Part shown: one piece after another, positions 58,482 through 64,000 of the stretch
Layout: every line of letters starts with the position of its first letter
Position numbering within the stretch: position 1 is the stretch's first letter
From: Chitinophagales bacterium
GTDB taxonomy: Bacteria; Bacteroidota; Bacteroidia; Chitinophagales; JAUHXS01
Reading direction: 5' to 3'
DNA length: 64,000 nucleotides
Assembly: GCA_965213575.1 (NCBI GenBank)
Contig: CBDBZN010000006.1
Span: 1,698-65,697, forward strand
Made by a program: the position numbers and the translations under genes
Notes under the pieces: model-generated
What the model was told of the DNA's origin: nothing
The model's database searches: none
What the model saw: the letters and a program-made list of their open reading frames with translations, nothing else

Positions 58482-60350
58482 TTAATTCAGCACATCGTTA
58501 AAATTATACCAAACCTCAGCTTTAATACTGTCTACTAAGATATCTTTCCCCTCATTGCTCCATAGGTATACTTTTAATATGTCGCCTGTTTTGAGTTCTG
58601 GAACTTGAGTATAAAAACTTACCCACTGCCATGCTTTATCTTTTCCACCCCAAAAGCTATTATTTTCATTATATATTTTATTATCTATTCTCATTGCCTT
58701 CCATTTTAGAATTTTATCACCTCGCTCAAACGATGCTACTAGCCTCGTATTTCTATAAATTCCAAACATTCCTTCGTATCTGTATGCTTTAGTACTCATT
58801 TTAATCCAATCACCTTCTTTTGCATTTATATCTTGCACAGGAACTATGACATTCGGACTGTAAGGGTTTTGCCTTGACATTTTATAAACTATATTTGAAC
58901 CATTCGTTGGATCTTGAATATTATTCGCAGGTAAGGTGTCAGAAATATTTTCTAAAAACAATTGATGGCTATAGGCTATATCTTCTTGATCTGGTTGTAG
59001 TTCTCCTGTATCATAAACGATTAAGTCATTTTTGCTTAGGCTCGTTTTGCCTAAAATACTTAGAAAATATTTTGAATTAGCATCTTCTGAGTACAATATG
59101 CCTATGTTAAACTGATAGGTATTAAATATATTTAAAAGAATACAAAGCAGCACGCCAACCATTAGCAGTAACTTTAAAAATAGATTTCTATTTGTACAAA
59201 ACCTTACTGTATAGCAAAATGGTATACTTAGTAACGGATAAGCTTCAATCATTGGTCGAGAACCAAATCCATTGATGTATGTCCAACACCACCAACTGTA
59301 AATAACAACTACATGCACACAAAAAAACATAACCGCCGGCAGTAAAAACTTTCTTTCTTTAAATAGAAAAAATGCACCAACCAGCGACAAGCTCATGACA
59401 GGGCTATAGGCTAACCAACCGTTTTTAAATTGAAATAGCCCGTTATAAACTTGTGGCCTTAAAAAGTTAAAATGTTCACCAGGGTAGCTATCATGAATCA
59501 GGCTTCCTGTTTGATGATACCAATAGAGCATTTGAGGCACCATCGGAATAATACACAATATGACTATGGTAAGAATTTTAGGAAAATCTGTCCTTACTAA
59601 ACCTATACGTGCGAGAAAACTTTTTTTATCTTGAATACCGTATAAAAGAGGGATCGACACACAGTATATTTCTGCAGGCCTTATTAAGACAATCATACCT
59701 AAACTTAACCCTAACATAATAGCATGCTTTAAGGTCAATTTCTTGTAAAACTTTATAGTAGCATATATAAGTAAAGCATACCAAAAGAAAAGATAGGTAT
59801 GTGACATAGCAGGGCTTAATACTGCGAAATAATACAAATTGGTTCCTAAAGAGATGGCAGCTAGCCCAATACTGATAACCAAATCATCAAAAATATCCTT
59901 GAGTGCTTTTCTAAGAATAAATAATGCTAACAAAACATATATCAATCCACTTAAAAGCACTAGAAATCTGTAGATTAAAGCAAATCCATCAGATTTTTGG
60001 GAGCTTATTTTAGTTAAGCTATGTGCAATCATAAAAGCCGGCAAATTACATACACTCACACCCATTGTGTATTTAATTACCTGCTTTCCATTTTCTACAG
60101 CATGTGCCTCAGCAATGCCTAAATTATTATCAACAAAATATGCTGCAGTAAATCCATTGTTGTACGCATGAACTGCATTTACGGTCTGATTAAGACTGTC
60201 TAAATCATGATAAATGATTGCTGCCGGTAAGTATAGGTAGTAGCCAAAAGTATCCCCTCCTTCAACAACAGCGCTTTGCCAAGGAGCATAGTACATAAAT
60301 GATATTGCATAAATAATGCTGATTATAAAAAGTGTAATTTTGGCTTTCAT
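58482..60350 (-). CDS. polytopic membrane protein, GT-C-like glycosyltransferase architecture
   Basis: 622 aa. About 12 TM helices in the first ~420 aa, followed by a soluble C-terminal domain. No catalytic motif verified. Neighbouring GT genes support an envelope glycosylation role. Confidence 0.5.
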   Translation of the reverse strand: MKAKITLFIISIIYAISFMYYAPWQSAVVEGGDTFGYYLYLPAAIIYHDLDSLNQTVNAVHAYNNGFTAAYFVDNNLGIAEAHAVENGKQVIKYTMGVSVCNLPAFMIAHSLTKISSQKSDGFALIYRFLVLLSGLIYVLLALFILRKALKDIFDDLVISIGLAAISLGTNLYYFAVLSPAMSHTYLFFWYALLIYATIKFYKKLTLKHAIMLGLSLGMIVLIRPAEIYCVSIPLLYGIQDKKSFLARIGLVRTDFPKILTIVILCIIPMVPQMLYWYHQTGSLIHDSYPGEHFNFLRPQVYNGLFQFKNGWLAYSPVMSLSLVGAFFLFKERKFLLPAVMFFCVHVVVIYSWWCWTYINGFGSRPMIEAYPLLSIPFCYTVRFCTNRNLFLKLLLMVGVLLCILLNIFNTYQFNIGILYSEDANSKYFLSILGKTSLSKNDLIVYDTGELQPDQEDIAYSHQLFLENISDTLPANNIQDPTNGSNIVYKMSRQNPYSPNVIVPVQDINAKEGDWIKMSTKAYRYEGMFGIYRNTRLVASFERGDKILKWKAMRIDNKIYNENNSFWGGKDKAWQWVSFYTQVPELKTGDILKVYLWSNEGKDILVDSIKAEVWYNFNDVLN

Positions 60351-60396
60351 CGCTTATAGGGAGGCAAAGTAACCATTTTTTAAAATATGACTAAAT

Positions 60397-60465
60397 AAGT
60401 GAGCGGTTGACTGCTTTATTTTTTATTATGCAGAACAACACAATATTTAACACAAAGAGTCACCC
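60397..60465. repeat. ~70-bp inverted-repeat element, copy 2 (right arm degenerate)
   Basis: AAGTGAGCGGTTGACTGCTTTATTTTTTATTAT matches copy 1 over about 33 nt and starts exactly 2,000 bp from it. The right arm is reduced to CAAAGAGTCACCC, which overlaps the stop codon of the 60460..61470 gene. Confidence 0.55.
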
Positions 60466-61470
60466 ATTCATTACTAATTCCAATTCTTTTTCGGTTACTA
60501 TTTTAAAATTCGGATGAGTTTGTAAATGCTTAGCGAGATATTCTTGTTCTGTTTGCCCGGGCGTTGGGACGAGAATTGCTTTCTTTTCCAATTGAGTTAA
60601 ATCCATCACTGATGAATAACCCGAGCGGCATAATACTTTCTTTGCTCTTATTAATAAATCATTTAATTGTTTTGTATTTGCAATATTTAAAATAGTAGGT
60701 ATAGAGCTTGTATTATCCATAAGAGCTGACGTTCCTCTTACGAGTACAAAATTTAATCTTATATCTTTTATTTGTTTTAAAATAGCTTTTTCAAATTTTG
60801 TACGCATGGGCTCCGGGCCGGATAGAATGATCAACAAATCAATATCTTGTTCAGCATTTTCTCGTGGTTTCTTAAAACGTGAAAGTGGGCCAATAAATTT
60901 GGCATTAGGAGGCATTGGATAATGATGACTTAAATCTCCTGATAGGGATTGTTGCGGATTTTCATAATCTGGAATCCAGCAATGATCATATTTTTTAATG
61001 AAATATCGATTAATTTTATAGGCGAGAGGTTCTAAAAATTTTAATCCCTTTGGCATCTTAATCATGATTTGGTGGGTGATAAAGATCGTGTTTATCGACT
61101 TGTTACATAATCCAAACCGGTTGTCTGAAATAACTAAATCTACTTGATGTTTTTTTATGATTTTCTTCAACTGTTGATGTTCTCTTGCAATAGCGAAACA
61201 TAACTTCGGCAGTTGAAAAAATATATTCCAAAACATTTTCATGGTAAGGTAATACCGAACGTTATAACCTTTTAAATGTATATGCTTAAGGCTTGGAAAC
61301 TCTTCTCGAAGCAACTTTGCAGCATTTCCATCAGTTGCAATAATAACTTTATTCCCATTTTCAATTAATTGTTCAATGATAGGAATACATCGCGTTGCGT
61401 GTCCTAGCCCCCAGTCAAGCGGACTGACTAAAACTGTTTGATGATTTATATGTGATAATTTATCGAGCAA
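60460..61470 (-). CDS. GT-B glycosyltransferase (MurG/GT28-like, TIGR00661-type)
   Basis: 336 aa. N-terminal SPLDWGLGHATRC motif and a C-terminal nucleotide-sugar-binding half (CRSGYSSVMD...PTPGQTEQ). Confidence 0.65.
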   Translation of the reverse strand: MLDKLSHINHQTVLVSPLDWGLGHATRCIPIIEQLIENGNKVIIATDGNAAKLLREEFPSLKHIHLKGYNVRYYLTMKMFWNIFFQLPKLCFAIAREHQQLKKIIKKHQVDLVISDNRFGLCNKSINTIFITHQIMIKMPKGLKFLEPLAYKINRYFIKKYDHCWIPDYENPQQSLSGDLSHHYPMPPNAKFIGPLSRFKKPRENAEQDIDLLIILSGPEPMRTKFEKAILKQIKDIRLNFVLVRGTSALMDNTSSIPTILNIANTKQLNDLLIRAKKVLCRSGYSSVMDLTQLEKKAILVPTPGQTEQEYLAKHLQTHPNFKIVTEKELELVMNG

Positions 61471-61547
61471 TCTTTTTCTAAGATAGAAAACAATTAGTTA
61501 TGCAGGAATAAAACTTTCTTGCGGAAAATCCGTTATAATTGTAACCT

Positions 61548-61718
61548 ATGAAAGTTTTAGCAAAAGGTACTTTTCTTATTTCAATGCTTATGTTGTTTGC
61601 TTGTAATAACAATCTTCACAAAACTCAAAAAAAGTATCACGACAAAAAGAAGAAAGACTGTAATACTTGTCCTGATTTTTCGCTAAGTCCATTCAAGGAG
61701 ATGACGGATAAAGTATAA
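61548..61718 (+). CDS. small putative lipoprotein
   Basis: 56-codon ORF below the track cutoff: MKVLAKGTFLISMLMLFAC... with an LFAC lipobox, a Lys-rich region and a CNTC pair. No homology evidence. Confidence 0.3.
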   Translation: MKVLAKGTFLISMLMLFACNNNLHKTQKKYHDKKKKDCNTCPDFSLSPFKEMTDKV

Positions 61719-61772
61719 ATCTACCAATAAGGCATTTCCCCGTAGCGTCTCTATTTCCCCTCATTTCCCATT

Positions 61773-61806
61773 CCCCTCAGAGTCCTCTGCGAGAGACTCT
61801 GAGGGG
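61773..61806 (+). repeat. REP hairpin 1 (upstream of RAYT)
   Basis: CCCCTCAGAGTC-ctctgcgaga-GACTCTGAGGGG, a 12-bp perfect stem. A half-site TTCCCCTCA is duplicated 16 nt upstream (61755..61763). Confidence 0.75.
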
Positions 61807-61847
61807 AATGGCATTTTTTAGTTAATACTTTTTTGTATTTTTATGGA

Positions 61848-62405
61848 ATGGCTACCCATTCTTTGCACAGCGAGCAAAATACATTTTATTTTATCACCTT
61901 TACTTGTTATAAATGGCTGCCATTGTTTGAAAAAGCAGATTGCTATAATGCAGTTTATAAATGGTTTGACTACCTCAAAAGAGAATATTGTCAGATATTC
62001 GGCTATGTTATTATGCCTAATCACTTACATTTATTGCTACATATATCAGAAAACAGTAAGGGATTAAACAAACTGGTAGCCAATGGTAAACGATTTCTTG
62101 CTTATGAAATTATTAAGAAATTAAACGCAGTTAATGAGTTAGCTATTCTGAATATTTTAGCGGCAGGCGTACAACTGAAGGAAAGGTCAAAAGGCAAAAA
62201 ACATCAAGTATTCAGACTCTCGTTTGATGCCAAAGAAATTACAACAGAAAAAAGTTTAATAGAAATTTTAGATTATATACACTATAATCCTGTTCAAAAA
62301 AAATGGAGATTGGTAGATGACTACGTTGAATATCCTCATTCAAGTGCAACTTTTTATGAGAAAAATCATGAAGGGATATATGAGGTTTCTCATTATAAAG
62401 ATTAA
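61848..62405 (+). CDS. REP-associated tyrosine transposase (RAYT; IS200/IS605 TnpA-like HUH Y1 enzyme)
   Basis: HUH motif in GYVIMPNHLHLLLH and the conserved Tyr motif LDYIHYNPV near the C-terminus. About 185 aa. Flanked on both sides by REP hairpins. ATG 61848 is preferred over the TTG at 61833. Confidence 0.75.
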   Translation: MATHSLHSEQNTFYFITFTCYKWLPLFEKADCYNAVYKWFDYLKREYCQIFGYVIMPNHLHLLLHISENSKGLNKLVANGKRFLAYEIIKKLNAVNELAILNILAAGVQLKERSKGKKHQVFRLSFDAKEITTEKSLIEILDYIHYNPVQKKWRLVDDYVEYPHSSATFYEKNHEGIYEVSHYKD

Positions 62406-62408
62406 AAT

Positions 62409-62439
62409 CTCAGAGTCCTCTGCGAGAGACTCTGAGGGG
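62409..62439 (+). repeat. REP hairpin 2 (immediately after the RAYT stop; left arm shortened)
   Basis: CTCAGAGTC-ctctgcgaga-GACTCTGAGGGG, in the same orientation as REP 1, starting 4 nt after the TAA. Confidence 0.7.
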
Positions 62440-62452
62440 TAAAAACAATTAA

Positions 62453-62677
62453 ATGATGAGATTTGAGAAATTTCTAGTATTACTATTTATGATAAGCCTT
62501 GGTGCTTTATCCTGCCTCACAGAAAGAAAAACTAAAAGAATAGCTTATGATTGCAATAAGGTATTAAGACATCATTCGTCTTATTGGAAAAAGGATTCTC
62601 TGGGAACAAATGGTTATAGACAATTAGCCTACAAGGAGCTTATTATTCCCCTCAGAGTCTCTCGCAGAGGACTCTGA
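62453..62677 (+). CDS. doubtful ORF: lipoprotein-like N-terminus running into a REP
   Basis: 74 aa. Signal plus lipobox (LGALSC). The last ~10 codons (IPLRVSRRGL*) are encoded by REP 3, so this is either a truncated gene or not a gene. Confidence 0.25.
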   Translation: MMRFEKFLVLLFMISLGALSCLTERKTKRIAYDCNKVLRHHSSYWKKDSLGTNGYRQLAYKELIIPLRVSRRGL

Positions 62678-62679
62678 GG
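62648..62679 (-). repeat. REP hairpin 3 (inverted orientation)
   Basis: CCCCTCAGAGTC-tctcgcagag-GACTCTGAGG. The loop is the reverse complement of the loop in REPs 1 and 2. Confidence 0.7.
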
Positions 62680-62697
62680 AAGTAGGGGGATAATTTG

Positions 62698-63108
62698 TTA
62701 ATCCACACGAAGCTTCACGCTATATCGCTCTGCTTTCCCTTGATTTTCCCAATGTCCATAGTTTACTGCTAGCAGAGTTATAACATGGTCTTCAAATTGT
62801 GAGGTATAAGGTTTGTTGGTATCTCCTAAACTTAATAATGCTTCTTGATCATTTATTTTCACCTTAATCGTTACATAGCCTGCCCAAACACATGCTACGC
62901 CCGGTTCGGTGGGACACCGGCTTTCTTCTACCAGTTCTACAAACTCAATTTTAATTTTCTCGGAAGGTGTTTTCACCAGAGTAGATTGATCAAAACTTAG
63001 AGTAAAATTTTCTGATAGCTTTGTTATATTTCTATTGCAACTAGTCAATAATAAAAACATAGCTACGAATGTGAAGATTAAAATATGTTTCATTTCTAAA
63101 GATTTCAA
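62698..63108 (-). CDS. lipoprotein of unknown function
   Basis: 136 aa. Lipobox LLTSC. Conserved-looking EESRCPTEPGVACVWAG motif. Confidence 0.55.
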   Translation of the reverse strand: MKSLEMKHILIFTFVAMFLLLTSCNRNITKLSENFTLSFDQSTLVKTPSEKIKIEFVELVEESRCPTEPGVACVWAGYVTIKVKINDQEALLSLGDTNKPYTSQFEDHVITLLAVNYGHWENQGKAERYSVKLRVD

Positions 63109-63124
63109 TTCTAAGAATCAATAA

Positions 63125-64000
63125 CTATACCTTTTCTTCTACTTTAACTTTTATGCCTTCTGCTATTTGAGCCAAAATACTTTTAGCATGTTGGATGGTC
63201 AAAACATCTTCTATCGTCAATATTAAAAATTTGCTAGTCTGTTTCAGCTTGCCGATAGAAGAATACTGTTGAATATATTTTAATATTCTGCTAAACAATT
63301 CCGATTCATAAAAAAGCGAGTGTTGATTTTCTATGAAATAACACTTCATGATGTCCTTTTTGATAAATATGCGCTCAAATCCCAGTTTTTTAGCCAGCCA
63401 TTGTAAACGCACCATATCTAAAAGCTCTAACGTAGATTGCGGCACGGGGCCAAAACGGTCTTCTAACTCTTGTTGGAAGTGTTGCAGCTGTTCTTCAACT
63501 TTAAAATTATTCAACTCGGTATATAAATGCAGCCGCTCATTGGTATTTCTAACATATTGATCCGGAATGAGGATTTCCATATCAGTTTCAATCTGGCAAT
63601 CATTCACAAAATCTTGCTTTCGCTGAATTTCTTCTGCAAAAAGATCTTTATACTCGGTCTCTTTCAATTCTAAAATTGCTTCATCTAATATCTTTTGGTA
63701 CATATCAAATCCGATTTCTGAGATAAAACCACTTTGCTCTCCGCCTAAAATATTTCCTGCTCCTCGAATATCTAAATCTCGCATAGCAATATTAAAACCA
63801 CTTCCTAAACCTGAATAATCGACAATTGTCTGTATCCGCTTTTTAGCTTCCGGTGTTAAAGTAGACAATGGCGGCCCGAATAGATAGCAAAAAGCTTTTT
63901 TATTAGAACGGCCCACTCTGCCTCTCAATTGATGCAAGTCACTTAACCCAAAATGATGAGCATTGTTAATGATGATGGTATTAACATTAGAAATATCAAT
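63125..64000 (-). CDS. mfd: transcription-repair coupling factor Mfd, C-terminal part (gene continues beyond the window)
   Basis: The frame is open to position 64000. Helicase motif VI HQLRGRVGRS is followed by the TRCF C-terminal domain. The 'M' at 63937 in the track is an internal TTG (Leu). Confidence 0.85.
   Translation of the reverse strand: MDISNVNTIIINNAHHFGLSDLHQLRGRVGRSNKKAFCYLFGPPLSTLTPEAKKRIQTIVDYSGLGSGFNIAMRDLDIRGAGNILGGEQSGFISEIGFDMYQKILDEAILELKETEYKDLFAEEIQRKQDFVNDCQIETDMEILIPDQYVRNTNERLHLYTELNNFKVEEQLQHFQQELEDRFGPVPQSTLELLDMVRLQWLAKKLGFERIFIKKDIMKCYFIENQHSLFYESELFSRILKYIQQYSSIGKLKQTSKFLILTIEDVLTIQHAKSILAQIAEGIKVKVEEKV

Noticed and set aside
57990-62679. The RAYT at 61.8 kb could be the mobilising enzyme of the 311/361-bp element.
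   Set aside because: TIRs plus 6-bp target duplications are hallmarks of DDE-type transposition, whereas HUH/Y1 enzymes act on hairpins without TSDs. Only a shared 11-mer links the two, so this is kept as a weak note rather than a claim.

Overview
AT-rich chromosomal window that looks like a Bacteroidota genome. The evidence for that is five ORFs with T9SS C-terminal sorting domains (type A and type B/CHU_C), a PorT-like barrel, a DUF3078 barrel, ECF sigma/anti-sigma pairs and a TAnnTTTG-type promoter box. Most of the window is housekeeping: engB, ubiE, nadE, zapA, recJ, truA, msrA, meaB, mnmG, fumC, gltX, a TatD-family hydrolase, the 3' part of mfd, tRNA-Phe(GAA) and tRNA-Ser(GGA). There are also envelope and polysaccharide genes (tamB plus a BamA/TamA-like gene, GT9, two GT2, a GT-B, an O-antigen-ligase-like protein, a GT-C-like protein and a TIGR00661-like GT) and several secreted or surface proteins. 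I see no rRNA, CRISPR array, prophage or recognisable defence operon. The unusual content is small, mobile or non-coding. (1) A 311/361-bp MITE-like element is present twice in inverted orientation, with 17-bp imperfect TIRs and perfect 6-bp target-site duplications. One copy sits exactly in the stop codon of meaB and regenerates a stop. (2) A RAYT-type (IS200-like HUH/Y1) gene is flanked by 34-nt REP hairpins, with a divergent REP copy 23 kb away. (3) A 14-bp palindrome, GTTCCACGTGGAAC, occurs three times within 3.3 kb at gene starts. (4) An element of about 70 bp with GTGAGCGG inverted repeats lies downstream of two consecutive glycosyltransferase genes, exactly 2,000 bp apart. (5) Two genes (an MsbA-like ABC exporter and a Nudix hydrolase) are each broken by a single-base frameshift in a homopolymer. 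(6) A CHU_C surface-protein gene is built from eight tandem 207-210-bp modules with near-identical higher-order DNA repeats. (7) An ECF-sigma cluster encodes an anti-sigma-like protein with a T9SS-like tail, a T9SS trypsin-like protease and a coupled lipoprotein. All functional calls come from motif recognition by eye. No database search was possible.
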